Virus record (IMG/VR): IMGVR_UViG_3300009514_000009
DNA from: a virus
Taxonomy: Duplodnaviria > Heunggongvirae > Uroviricota > Caudoviricetes
Strand: one strand, 5' to 3'
Length of the DNA stretch: 64,000 bases
The translations under genes and the position numbers were made by a program. Positions within the stretch are counted from its first letter, which is position 1; the number at the start of each line of letters is the position of its first letter. Of the stretch, positions 28,149 through 37,470 are shown piece after piece. The notes under the pieces were generated by a model. It did not search any database and was not told the DNA's origin. It saw only the letters and a program-made list of their open reading frames with translations.

Positions 28149-29126
28149 TCACGCTCCGAGGACTCGGCTGACCCAGCCGGGCTCCTTCATCTTGGTCCGA
28201 AGCTGGCCACGGTACGTCCGGGCCAGTGCTTGCCAGTGATCGAACATACCCTGATCCCAGTGCTGGCCCACGCTCGCACGGATGAGGGCATCGAGCACCT
28301 TCGGACTCAGGGCGTCCAGCTCCCACGCATCGTTGATGCCGTGCTCACGGAAGTAGCCCGCGTAGCGGCTGGAAGACTTCTTGGCCGGGTACGGCGGCGG
28401 GTTGTACTGCCGGATCTGGTCCATGTTGAGGGCCACCCGGATGAACCGGATTGGCGGGATGTCGAGGCCCCAGACGTTGGCGAGGGTGTCGAGGGTGACC
28501 TCAGCCGACCGCGGGATCTGCCAGCCGTCCGGGTCGTGGTCCCCGAAGTAGATCACGACCGCCTCCTCAATCTCCTCGACCTCGATCTCGTCGCCCTCGT
28601 TGTCCTCCACCACGGCTTGGCTGGTCTGGTACGCCTCTTGGAGCTTCTCCAGCCACTGCCACAAGCTGCTGTGGCTCGGGTAGCCCTTGCAGGCGAAGAA
28701 CCCCACCCCCAAGTCCTTGCAGGGCTTCTCGAAGACGCCTGCGAGGGCCTCCTTCTCGACCCACACGGCGACGTACTTGGGCTGGCCGAACCAGCGGTCC
28801 ACCTCGATGGACCAGTGAGGCACCGCACGCAGGTAGTTCTCGGCCTCCCCCAGCGCAGCCGTCACGTCGATCTTGCACTCGTGCTGCTTCGACGGAGCGG
28901 CATCCCGGCCACGGTCCACGAGGAGGTCCATGTCGAACTGACCCGCGAGCCGGGCGTTGCCCAAGGTGTCGCCCAGCCGCTTGTAGCTCTCATTGGAGTT
29001 CGGGATGAGGGCAGCCTTGACGAGCTGGTAGTAGAGCTGCCGCAGGGTCATGTCGTACCCCTGCGACTGGAAGTCCTCTGCGATGTCGCGGGCTGCGTCC
29101 AGCAGGTCGGCTCGGTCCTGAATCAT
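28149..29126 (-). CDS. Topo VI subunit A / Spo11-like protein (Mini-A): winged helix with an RxxYY tyrosine plus a TOPRIM domain.
   Basis: LRQLYYQLV (catalytic Tyr motif), VWVEKEA, ACKGYPS, and IYFGDHDPDGWQI (TOPRIM DxDxxG). Confidence 0.6.
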   Translation of the reverse strand: MIQDRADLLDAARDIAEDFQSQGYDMTLRQLYYQLVKAALIPNSNESYKRLGDTLGNARLAGQFDMDLLVDRGRDAAPSKQHECKIDVTAALGEAENYLRAVPHWSIEVDRWFGQPKYVAVWVEKEALAGVFEKPCKDLGVGFFACKGYPSHSSLWQWLEKLQEAYQTSQAVVEDNEGDEIEVEEIEEAVVIYFGDHDPDGWQIPRSAEVTLDTLANVWGLDIPPIRFIRVALNMDQIRQYNPPPYPAKKSSSRYAGYFREHGINDAWELDALSPKVLDALIRASVGQHWDQGMFDHWQALARTYRGQLRTKMKEPGWVSRVLGA

Positions 29127-29128
29127 GA

Positions 29129-29380
29129 TCAACTCCCCTTGTGGTCGTGCAGGAGCAACTGCATCCGCAGGTACGCCTTGACCGCGTTGCCCTCGTCTGC
29201 GAGCTGGCCCGAGATGTCCTCGACCTGCCCCAACACCCGGAACAGCATCGTGGCAGCGTTCCCGCACAGCTCCTCGGCAGTGAACGAGCTGGCTTCAACC
29301 ACGCGGCGGACGGCGGCCTCCACCGACATGCCGGACTTGAGATGCTTCCAGATGGCTTCGACTGCTTGCTCGATTGTCAT
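29129..29380 (-). CDS. Hypothetical small protein.
   Basis: Start MTIEQAVEAIWKHLKSG. The upstream part of the listed ORF is R-rich. Confidence 0.4.
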   Translation of the reverse strand: MTIEQAVEAIWKHLKSGMSVEAAVRRVVEASSFTAEELCGNAATMLFRVLGQVEDISGQLADEGNAVKAYLRMQLLLHDHKGS

Positions 29381-29604
29381 GGTCCCACCGCCATGTCGTG
29401 GTGCATCGCGACTGCATCGCACTTGGAGCAGGTCGCCGATTCGCCTTGGCACCCCATCACGTCCGTCTCGACCGCTGGGCCGTCCCAGACGTGTTCGCAC
29501 TTGTTCTCGTAGTGCTTCTCCATGCACTCCATGATGGGCAGGCCACACTGCCGCCCGCAGGAGTAGCCGCACTCGCACTTGCACTTGGTGCGTGTACTTG
29601 CCAT
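29377..29604 (-). CDS. Small Cys-rich protein.
   Basis: MASTRTKCKCECGYSCGRQCG...CSKCD. Confidence 0.4.
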   Translation of the reverse strand: MASTRTKCKCECGYSCGRQCGLPIMECMEKHYENKCEHVWDGPAVETDVMGCQGESATCSKCDAVAMHHDMAVGP

Positions 29605-29698
29605 CAGGTGTCCCTCTCTTTCCGGTGCAGCCATCCAGCGAACTTGAGCCCTGCCCCGAAGCCAATGGCCAACATTGCCAGAGACCAGATGGTGGCTA

Positions 29699-31630
29699 TC
29701 ACGGGCGGCCTCCCAGACGGTTCCACATCTCGTCGATGCTGATGACCTCGGTGCCGTACTGGCGAGCCTTCTGGGCCTTGCCCGAGGTGCTGTTCGGGTC
29801 CTTCGTCACGAGGATGTCGAGCCCCTTGCTGACGCTCCCCTTGACCGACCCGCCCTGCGACTCGATGGCGGTCACCATCGTGGCGTCACGGAAGCCGGTC
29901 ATGCAGATCGACTTGTCCGAGAAGGGGCCGGTCGCCTTGGCAGCGATGGTGATGTGGGCACGCAGGCTGGCGATGACGCCGCGGTCGAGCAGGTCCCAGA
30001 AGCCGTCCACGAAGGCCTGCGCCTTCGTGTTGCCAACACCGGGGATGCTCGCCACGTCGGACACCTTGGCCTTGCTCATCTTGTTCAGGCTGTCGAGGCC
30101 CGCGTCCACCAGCGTCTTCGCCATCGACCGACCGATGAGCGGGATGCCCAGCGAGCCGATGAAGACGTGCAGCGGCATGGTCGTCGCAGCGTGCAGGTTG
30201 CGGAAGGCCTTGTCGGCGGTCCCGCCGACCTTCCGACCGCCCATGTCCATCGAGGCGACCACGGCGGGGTCGAGGGTGTAGAGGTCGGCGATGCGCTCGA
30301 CCACGCCCGTCTCGCAGAGCATGTCGATGAGGCTCGTGCCGAAGTGCAGCACCCCCACCTTGGCGATCCAACGCTTGATGGCTCCGCTGATCTGCGACGG
30401 GCAGGAGTCCCCGTTCGGGCAGATGAGGTAGGCACCGTCGCGGACCACGGCGGTCTGGCAGTCAGGACACGCGGTCGGGGTGTGCAGAGCCACGCCCCCG
30501 TTGCTCGCCAGCAGGGCTTCGACGTAGGGGATCACGTCGTTGCGGCGGGCGACCATGATGCCGTCGCCAGCAGCGATGGCCAGGGTCCCGGCGTCGCTGC
30601 ACAGCGTCTCGATGTAGTCGATGTTGTGCAGGCTCGCCTTGGAGACGTTGGCCCCGGCGAGGTTCACCGTGTCGAAGTCCGCGACCGGCGTGAGCCGCCC
30701 GGACTTGCCAACCTGCCAGCGAATGGCCCGCAGGGTGGTCGCCTTCTGAGCGTGCGGGAACTTCAGGGCGCGGGCACCGTTGGGGCGCATGTTCGTGTCG
30801 CCCATCGCCTCGCGGGCGTCCCGGTCGTTCACGTCCACGACCAGCCCGTCGATCTCCCAATCGAGCTTGTCCCGCGACTCGTCCACGTACTTGGTGAAGA
30901 TGCGGATGACGGTCGCGAGATCATCGGCGGGGTGGTGCGGCGGGCAGACGAAGCCCATCTGCTCCAGAGCGAGGATCTCGTGGTGCTTGGTGTCCAGCGG
31001 CACCCCATCGGGGAGGTACTGGTAGGCGACCACCGTGAGGTACTGCGCCTTGGCGTAGTCGGTCTGCCGCTTGGCAGTCCCAGCCGCGGTGTTGCGGGGG
31101 TTCGACTCGCCGGGGAAGTGCGCCTTGAACTTGCTCTTGCGGCAGACGATTTCGCCCCGCACGTTCACGTCGTCCGGGCACGTCGGCGGGAGCACTCGCA
31201 CGGCACCTTCCATCAGGAGCACGTTGCGGGTGATGTCTTCGCCCTCGGCCCCGTCTCCGCGGGTGATGGCAGCCACCAGCTTGCGCTGCCGGTACACGAG
31301 GTCGATGGAGATGCCGTCCAGCTTGTGAGTGATGCACACCGGCTTGCCGGGCCACCACGACCGAAGCTCGTCGTGCCCGTCGCCCGAGGCGGCGTCGAAC
31401 TGGCACTTCTTCAAGCTGCCCATCGGGATGGCATGGGCGGCCTTGGGCCACGACCCGCCCGTGGGGGCAGGGGCACCGATCTTCTGGAGGTGCGGATGGT
31501 TGGGGTCGAGCGCCCGCAGCTCGTCTTCCAGCTTGTCGTAGGCTGCGTCCGACATGATCGGGTTGCCGTTGCGGTAGGCGAGGTTCGCCTCATGCAGCCG
31601 CTTGGCAAGGTCTGTGATCTTGGTGCTCAT
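29699..31630 (-). CDS. ligA: NAD+-dependent DNA ligase.
   Basis: 643 aa. An N-terminal adenylation region (KLDG-type) with HhH and BRCT-like C-terminal parts. The NAD-binding Ia motif AAYDKLEDELRAL is present. Confidence 0.9.
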   Translation of the reverse strand: MSTKITDLAKRLHEANLAYRNGNPIMSDAAYDKLEDELRALDPNHPHLQKIGAPAPTGGSWPKAAHAIPMGSLKKCQFDAASGDGHDELRSWWPGKPVCITHKLDGISIDLVYRQRKLVAAITRGDGAEGEDITRNVLLMEGAVRVLPPTCPDDVNVRGEIVCRKSKFKAHFPGESNPRNTAAGTAKRQTDYAKAQYLTVVAYQYLPDGVPLDTKHHEILALEQMGFVCPPHHPADDLATVIRIFTKYVDESRDKLDWEIDGLVVDVNDRDAREAMGDTNMRPNGARALKFPHAQKATTLRAIRWQVGKSGRLTPVADFDTVNLAGANVSKASLHNIDYIETLCSDAGTLAIAAGDGIMVARRNDVIPYVEALLASNGGVALHTPTACPDCQTAVVRDGAYLICPNGDSCPSQISGAIKRWIAKVGVLHFGTSLIDMLCETGVVERIADLYTLDPAVVASMDMGGRKVGGTADKAFRNLHAATTMPLHVFIGSLGIPLIGRSMAKTLVDAGLDSLNKMSKAKVSDVASIPGVGNTKAQAFVDGFWDLLDRGVIASLRAHITIAAKATGPFSDKSICMTGFRDATMVTAIESQGGSVKGSVSKGLDILVTKDPNSTSGKAQKARQYGTEVISIDEMWNRLGGRP

Positions 31631-31700
31631 CGTGTTCCTGCTCCGTCTGCGACGTGCGCGTTCCTACCTACTACTCGCCAGCGGGGCTGTTTGAGCCCCT
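31631..31700 (-). promoter_or_regulatory. Conserved promoter/leader motif copy (reverse orientation) with an embedded hairpin GGGGCTgtttgAGCCCC.
   Basis: Reverse complement reads GGGGCTCAAACAGCCCCGCTGGCGAGTAGTAGGTAGGAACGCGCACGTCGCAGACGGAGCAGGAACACG then ATG. Confidence 0.55.
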
Positions 31701-31703
31701 GCT

Positions 31704-31983
31704 CTACCGATATTCCGGTGGGGTCGAGGGGCAGAAGTTGAGCCCCTGCTCGCCGTGCTCCTCGATAAGCCTGCGGTCGTTCTCCCCATGGTAGTCGCGA
31801 CCGTCCACATAGAGCTTGCCAGCGTGCGTGAACTGAGCGGGCCGGACCCACGCCCTGAGCCGCTGCCAGCGGTCCTTGAGGGTCAGTCGCAGCAGGCCGA
31901 AGCCCATCACGACACTACCGAGCAGGGGGAGGGCGAGGTGCTCACCGCAGCCGCCGCCGAGTAGGTGAAAGAGGTGTTCCATC
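31704..31983 (-). CDS. Small membrane protein.
   Basis: Start MEHLFHLLGGGCGEHLALPLLGSVVMGFGLL. The upstream part of the listed ORF is an R/G/P-rich artefact. Confidence 0.4.
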
Positions 31984-31993
31984 GGGAAGGCTC

Positions 31994-32560
31994 CTACGCC
32001 GCCATCGGGGCGGCGTTGACGAGGTAGTTGGCATCGACCCACGCCACGTCGGCGTGGTAGCCGCGGGCGACCTTGCGGTCGCTCAGGGCCAGCCCGACGC
32101 GCCCGTCGCGCATCCAGAAGACCCGGCCCTCGGTGCCCTTGGGGACCTTGCGGCCACGGACGACCCGCATGACCTTGCCGTGCTCGACCCGGTTGTGGGC
32201 GTCCACGAGCGCCTTGGCGGCGGCCTTCTCGGCGGCGACCTTGCGGGCGGCCTCGGCCTTGCGGGCGGCCTCGGCGGCCAGCTCGTCGATGGTGGCCTGC
32301 GTGGCAGCGTCCACGTCCACCGTGGCGTGCCCGAAGGTGGAGCACAGCTCGAAGTGGTGGCCGAGGCAGACGGCCTCGGTGCGGCCCGTCTCGGGGTTCC
32401 ACACCATGCAGTAGGACACGTCGGCGTAGATGTCGCTCATCACGCGCTCGCAGCGGGTGTAGCTGCCGCTGACAACCAGACCCTCGTGGGTCGTCCACTC
32501 GCGCTCGACCTTGTGGCCGTTGCCGCTGGTGATGTCGTACTTGGTCCACTTGATAGCCAT
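31994..32560 (-). CDS. Hypothetical protein with an Ala/Lys-rich coiled segment.
   Basis: 188 aa. A motif copy lies at 32561-32635. Confidence 0.55.
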   Translation of the reverse strand: MAIKWTKYDITSGNGHKVEREWTTHEGLVVSGSYTRCERVMSDIYADVSYCMVWNPETGRTEAVCLGHHFELCSTFGHATVDVDAATQATIDELAAEAARKAEAARKVAAEKAAAKALVDAHNRVEHGKVMRVVRGRKVPKGTEGRVFWMRDGRVGLALSDRKVARGYHADVAWVDANYLVNAAPMAA

Positions 32561-32723
32561 GTCGTCGCTCCTTGTGGCGGGCTGTTGCTCCCGCGTTCAC
32601 CCCTACTACTGGCCACCTCCGGGTTTTGAGCCCCAATCGCATCCGCAATCCGCGAATCGTGAATACCCAATCATATCAGGCCTTGCACACGCCCGCGTGG
32701 GTAAGAATCTGGGTTTCCTGCGG

Positions 32724-32786
32724 GGCAGGGCTCAGAACCGCGGGGTCGCCAGTAGTAGGGGTGAACGCAGACGACGGAGAACGACC
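32724..32786 (+). promoter_or_regulatory. Conserved promoter/leader motif copy.
   Basis: GGGCTCAGAACCGCGGGGTCGCCAGTAGTAGGGGTGAACGCAGACGACGGAGAACGACC then ATG. A divergent partner lies at 32561-32635. Confidence 0.6.
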
Positions 32787-33053
32787 ATGCCCAAGCAAGA
32801 CCTCGTGAAGATCTGGACCAAGAGGGCCAACGACGCCCTCGCGGGCAAGACCATCAGGGCCGCCCGCTACCTCACCCGCAAGGAGGCTGACGACCTCGGG
32901 TGGAGGTGCCTCGTGCCCGTCATCGAGCTGGACGACGGCAGCCTGCTGTTCCCCTCCCGCGACGATGAAGGCAACGACGGTGGAGCCCTGTTCGGCCAGA
33001 CGGGCAAGGGCGAAGAACTGACCCTCCCGGTCATCAACCTGCGACTTCTGTGA
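32787..33053 (+). CDS. Hypothetical protein.
   Basis: MPKQDLVKIWTKRAND... Confidence 0.5.
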   Translation: MPKQDLVKIWTKRANDALAGKTIRAARYLTRKEADDLGWRCLVPVIELDDGSLLFPSRDDEGNDGGALFGQTGKGEELTLPVINLRLL

Positions 33054-33529
33054 GGCACGACATGAGCGACCGAATCACCTTCGCCAACACCCTGCTGAAG
33101 ACCGACGATGGCACCTACCGGGCCGGGGACGTGATCCGCAACTCGACCGGGCGGGACGACCCGTGGAGCCAGTGCATCATCTTGGGCTTCTCCAGACCCG
33201 ACAAGTACAACGACGTGTACGTCCGGCTCGCTCGACCCTACGCCTACGCTTCCTGCGTCGGCACCACGACTCCGGGCGTCCTCACGGGCGTGGAGGAGTT
33301 CGAGATCCCGGCCAGCAAGCTGCGCTACGAGACGGTCCTGACCACAGGTGACAACGGCCCGAGGATCAGCGGCTCCATCGGCCACGGACGCATCGGCCAG
33401 TACGACTCTGAGTGCATCGACCTGCGAACCGAGGTCGATGACTGCGCCTGCCCCGGCTGCGGCTGCAAGCCCGGCGAGGGGCGCACTTCCGGCTGCACCC
33501 ACCCGGACGGTTGTGGATACCGCGGGTAG
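33050..33529 (+). CDS. Hypothetical Cys-rich protein.
   Basis: C-terminal CACPGCGCKPGEGRTSGCTHPDGCGY. Confidence 0.5.
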   Translation: MRHDMSDRITFANTLLKTDDGTYRAGDVIRNSTGRDDPWSQCIILGFSRPDKYNDVYVRLARPYAYASCVGTTTPGVLTGVEEFEIPASKLRYETVLTTGDNGPRISGSIGHGRIGQYDSECIDLRTEVDDCACPGCGCKPGEGRTSGCTHPDGCGYRG

Positions 33530-33624
33530 GGGGCTCAAACAGCCCCCCTGGCGAGTAGTGGGGTCAGGACAAACGCACGCCCATCACGCAAGACCGGGCA
33601 CGCTGAAACGACGGAGCGAACATC

Positions 33625-35178
33625 ATGGCAGCGAAGATCATCGAGAGCGTCACCCTCAACTTCACCGACCTCACCGGAGCCAAGACCGGCTGCACCACGC
33701 TGGGCAGCAACAAGTTCTGGAAGGGCTGGGTCGAAGACAACGGGGACGGCACTGGCAACTTCTGCTGCCAGTGGGGATCTACCGGCACCGCTGGGAGCAC
33801 CAACGGCTCCAAGCACGGCATCCCCCTAGCGACCGCGATCAAGAAGTTCAAATCCAAGCGCAATGAGAAGCTCAGGAAGGAGTACACCGAGCTTCAGGTC
33901 CGCGACGACGCGGAGGAAGCCGCCAAGCAGGCCGCCGCGGGCGTCGTGCCTGTCGCCGCGCCCAAGGCCACCATGGCCCCCAAGGCCGTCGTGAGCCGCA
34001 CGTTCCACCCGGACGTGAGCCGCCTGCTCGGCACCATCTACGGCTCGACCGCCAACACGGTTCGTGGTGGCCTCTCGGCGCAGGCCGGGTCCACCGACGA
34101 GAACCCCATCGGCAACCTGAGCGACAGCCAGCTCAACGTCGGCGGTGGCATCCTCGACGAGATCGAAGCCCTGCTCCAGCAGCAGTTCGGGCGGGAGGAC
34201 GCGACCAACAAGACCATGACCCTGCCGCTGGGCCGCGACGGGCTGCCCACGGCCCGCGTCATCGAGCTGACCAACGAGTACATGAGCAACGTCCCCCGGA
34301 GCATCGCCCGCGAGGACCGGGGCCGACGCAACCTGCACAAGCTCGTCGTGAGCAGCTACGAGCGGTTGGAGGAACAGCGCAAGTTCCTCCAGCTCCTCCG
34401 CGACGCCCACGTCTCCAAGGCCGTGTTCGCGCAGGCTGCCCAGCAGACCTCGACCGGCAACAAGGAGGTCGTGTGGTACGACGGGCTCGGCTGCGACATC
34501 AAGGCCCTGTCCCCGAGCGACCCCGGCTACAAGTTCGTGGCCGAAGTGTTCAACACTGCGCAGTCCAAGCACAACGCCAACTGGTTCCGCGGTGGCCGCT
34601 GCATCCTGCGGCTGGTCCGGGTCTACAAGTTCACCCGGCAGGGCACCGAGACCGCCTTCGACGCCTACGGCAAGACCGTGACCGCGAAGCGCGGGGCGAC
34701 CGGGCAGGTCTTCGCGTGGCACGGGACGCGGACGCCGAACCTGCTGGGCATCAGCAAGTCCGGGCTCCTCATGCCCGAGAACCTGCCCCGAGGCGTCCAC
34801 ATCAGCGGCAAGGCCTTCGGGCGCGGCATCTACCATGCCCCCGCGTGGAATGCGACGGGCACGGCGAAGGTCGGCCAGCACAAGACGGACGGCACCAACG
34901 GTGCCCTGAAGTCGATGAACTACACGGGCGTCGGCGGGGCCTACTACGGCGGCAACGACCGGGGCAACGCCTTCATGTACCTGCAAGAGCTGGCTCTCGG
35001 CACCCCCGAGGTCCGGCACTCGGCCTGCTGGGACCAGCACCGCCCCAAGGGGTTCCCGCAGAACGACTGGATCTACGCCAACGCGGGCGGCTGCCACAGC
35101 CTCACCCACGATGAGGTCGTCACCTTCGACGAGCGGGCGCAGATCTTCCGCTACCTCGTCGAGGTAGCGGTCGGCTGA
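33625..35178 (+). CDS. PARP-like ADP-ribosyltransferase with an N-terminal WGR domain.
   Basis: WGR region SNKFWKGWVE...CCQWGSTGTAG. The catalytic region has FAWHGTRTPNLLGISKSGL (H-G-S/T), GKAFGRGIYHA (Tyr), and HDEVVTFDERAQIFRYLVEV (catalytic Glu region). Confidence 0.8.
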   Translation: MAAKIIESVTLNFTDLTGAKTGCTTLGSNKFWKGWVEDNGDGTGNFCCQWGSTGTAGSTNGSKHGIPLATAIKKFKSKRNEKLRKEYTELQVRDDAEEAAKQAAAGVVPVAAPKATMAPKAVVSRTFHPDVSRLLGTIYGSTANTVRGGLSAQAGSTDENPIGNLSDSQLNVGGGILDEIEALLQQQFGREDATNKTMTLPLGRDGLPTARVIELTNEYMSNVPRSIAREDRGRRNLHKLVVSSYERLEEQRKFLQLLRDAHVSKAVFAQAAQQTSTGNKEVVWYDGLGCDIKALSPSDPGYKFVAEVFNTAQSKHNANWFRGGRCILRLVRVYKFTRQGTETAFDAYGKTVTAKRGATGQVFAWHGTRTPNLLGISKSGLLMPENLPRGVHISGKAFGRGIYHAPAWNATGTAKVGQHKTDGTNGALKSMNYTGVGGAYYGGNDRGNAFMYLQELALGTPEVRHSACWDQHRPKGFPQNDWIYANAGGCHSLTHDEVVTFDERAQIFRYLVEVAVG

Positions 35179-35284
35179 GAGAGTTCGCCAGCGGGGCTCA
35201 AAAGGCCCCACTGGCGAGTAGTACGAGCACAGGCCAGTTTGGCCATCCAACGCCCTCCGTGGCAAGGACCAGAGGAAACAGACC

Positions 35285-36181
35285 ATGAGCACCATCGAAA
35301 CCAGCCCCGACCTCGGCACCAACGAGTGCGCCGCCTCCCCCTTCACCAGCGTGCAGGGCGCGGCAGACGCCGCGCAGGACGCCTCCGAGGGAGCCCGGTT
35401 CCTGACCGAGTTCTGGATCGAGCAGGGGGTGTGCTTCACCTCCGGCCACGTCGTGAACGCCCTCCGGGAGGCCCGCGGCAAGAGCCTCATGGTCAACCAG
35501 CGCCCCACCGGGCAGGCCGTGCAGGACTACTTCTCGTCCGGCGACATGCCCGGCTTCGACGACGGCGTGGGCGGCTGCGAGCGTCCGCTGCGCAAGCTGC
35601 GCAGCACCACCCGGACCGACACCCGGACCCCCGTGGGCACCGAGGTCTTCGTCTACGGCCCCAGCGAGGACGAGATCGACTGCTTCGAGTTCGAGCTGAA
35701 CATCGCCGAGGCCCCCATGGTGGACGACGGGTGCGGCGGGCAGACCAGCGCGGCCACGGCCCTGCTGAACGCCACCCCGACCACCCCGCAGGGCGCGGCC
35801 AACGCCTCGCCCATCCCAGCGGTCCAGCCCAGCGGCACGGTCGCCGTCGCCAACGGCAAGATGGTCCCCGGCAACCCGCTGGCGGTCATGCACCAGAGCG
35901 GCAACCAGACCCCGCGGCTGTGCATCCCCCGCATCGCGTTTGAGGCTCTGGCCTTTGAGACGGGCGAGCCGGTCACGGGTGGTCAGCCGGTCTACGTCGT
36001 CTTCAACGGCGACACCCTGACCATCTCGCAGGACCCGGCCTCGGGCGGGCAGGCCTGCAACCCGACCACCGACAGGCTCCGCCTGCACCTGAACGTGCCC
36101 GGCAACCACCCGGTCGGCACCGAGTTCGATATCCTCGTCGGCAGCGCGCTGACCATCGACCTCGGCAACCCCAAGTCCTGA
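35285..36181 (+). CDS. Hypothetical protein.
   Basis: 298 aa, with its own motif copy at 35194-35284. Confidence 0.55.
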   Translation: MSTIETSPDLGTNECAASPFTSVQGAADAAQDASEGARFLTEFWIEQGVCFTSGHVVNALREARGKSLMVNQRPTGQAVQDYFSSGDMPGFDDGVGGCERPLRKLRSTTRTDTRTPVGTEVFVYGPSEDEIDCFEFELNIAEAPMVDDGCGGQTSAATALLNATPTTPQGAANASPIPAVQPSGTVAVANGKMVPGNPLAVMHQSGNQTPRLCIPRIAFEALAFETGEPVTGGQPVYVVFNGDTLTISQDPASGGQACNPTTDRLRLHLNVPGNHPVGTEFDILVGSALTIDLGNPKS

Positions 36182-36226
36182 TTCCGCGGGCCGGGGCGCT
36201 CCGTCGTCCAACGTCCATCCTGGCCC

Positions 36227-36268
36227 GAAGGCCCCCGCTGGCAACCCCGGCGGGGGCCTTCATCTTTT
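36227..36268. terminator. Bidirectional intrinsic terminator hairpin between convergent genes.
   Basis: GAAGGCCCCCGC-tggcaacccc-GCGGGGGCCTTC (12 bp stem) followed by ATCTTTT. Confidence 0.5.
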
Positions 36269-36820
36269 CAGCAGATACAGCACCTTGGAAGGGTCGGCGG
36301 GCACCACCATCGTCTGCACGGAAAACCCATGCAGCGGCCAGTTCATCTCCCACAGCAGGACGTGTGACACCGGGGGACTCGGCTCCCTCACCAGCGTCCC
36401 GATGAGGGCCACCTTTCGTGTGGCCTCGACCACTCGACGCAGCAGCCGGTCATGCCGCTCTTGCGACCGGCAGTGGAACAGCACGTCCAAGCACAGCACC
36501 ATGTCCGCTGTCCCGAGGTCCGGCGGCTCCTCACCCGCAAGGTCGATGGTGAGGAGCTTTCGCTCCTCCGTCGAGGGGACGGAGAAGGGCACGATGTCGA
36601 GTCCGGTGTAGGTCACACCCGGCAGCTCCTTCAAGAACCCGCGGGCCACCACCCCGTCGCCACAGCCGAAGTCCATGATGGACTGGACCTTGGCCCTCCG
36701 TGCGTACTTCAGGACGAGGGCCTGCTTCCAAACAGCCTCGATCCCTCTTGAGCCTGACCCGCTGTGGCCGCCTGCGGCGTAGCGGGCTCGCCAGTAGTCC
36801 TGCTCGTTGTACTGGTTCAT
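36260..36820 (-). CDS. Class I SAM-dependent methyltransferase.
   Basis: IMDFGCGDGVV is motif I. Start MNQYNEQDYW. Confidence 0.7.
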   Translation of the reverse strand: MNQYNEQDYWRARYAAGGHSGSGSRGIEAVWKQALVLKYARRAKVQSIMDFGCGDGVVARGFLKELPGVTYTGLDIVPFSVPSTEERKLLTIDLAGEEPPDLGTADMVLCLDVLFHCRSQERHDRLLRRVVEATRKVALIGTLVREPSPPVSHVLLWEMNWPLHGFSVQTMVVPADPSKVLYLLKR

Positions 36821-37470
36821 ACAGACCACTCCCACAGGTAGGTCGGGGTGCGGCAGTAACGCGGCCCCTGCACGTATCCCCACGGCTCCAGCACGGCTCG
36901 GGTTTCTTCCAGCGTCTCCGGCGTCCACGCTTCGAGGGCCAACAACGGGTGGTCGCGCTGGATCACCCCGGCACCGGAGAGCATCACGTTGGCTTCCAGA
37001 CCGTCCACGTCGGCCTTGATGACCGCGACCTTGTCCTCTGGCGTCACGAGGTCATCGAGCCGGAAGCACGGGGCACCACCGCCGTCCTGCGAGATGATGC
37101 AGCAGCGGTCCACCGTGAAGTGGGCGGTTGCGGACTTCCATGTGTTGTGGATGCCCCCGTGAACGATGCGCACCTTGTCGTTGATGTGGTTGCGCTCAAC
37201 AGTGGCCTTCAGGCCCGCCACAGCCGCCGGGTGGGGGTCGATGGACACCACGCGGGTGGAAGGGCACTCAACGGCGAAGAACGTCGTGTGGTTGCCGATG
37301 TGCGCCCCCACGTCGATGTAGACGCCCTGCAAAGCTCGGGCGTGGATCGCCATGAGCAGGTCGTACTCGTAGTACGTCCCCGACGCCGTGATGATCTGGC
37401 CCATGTGGCTGTCTGCGGAGAGGCAGAGCATCGCGGAGTGCTCGGGGCCTTGAACGGTCAGGTAGCTCAT
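36817..37470 (-). CDS. FkbM-family methyltransferase.
   Basis: YIDVGAHIGNHTTFFA. Confidence 0.7.
   Translation of the reverse strand: MSYLTVQGPEHSAMLCLSADSHMGQIITASGTYYEYDLLMAIHARALQGVYIDVGAHIGNHTTFFAVECPSTRVVSIDPHPAAVAGLKATVERNHINDKVRIVHGGIHNTWKSATAHFTVDRCCIISQDGGGAPCFRLDDLVTPEDKVAVIKADVDGLEANVMLSGAGVIQRDHPLLALEAWTPETLEETRAVLEPWGYVQGPRYCRTPTYLWEWSV

Noticed and set aside
29675-31741. A 688-aa plus-strand ORF antisense to ligA. Also similar long antisense or alt-frame ORFs: 33826..35508, 11843..13231, 12570..13709, 3011..3544, 9162..9899, 31704..32648 and 62348..63607.
   Set aside because: These have extreme G/R/A/P/V composition, lie opposite or out of frame to genes with clear homology, and lack start-proximal motif or SD. 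They are high-GC artefacts.
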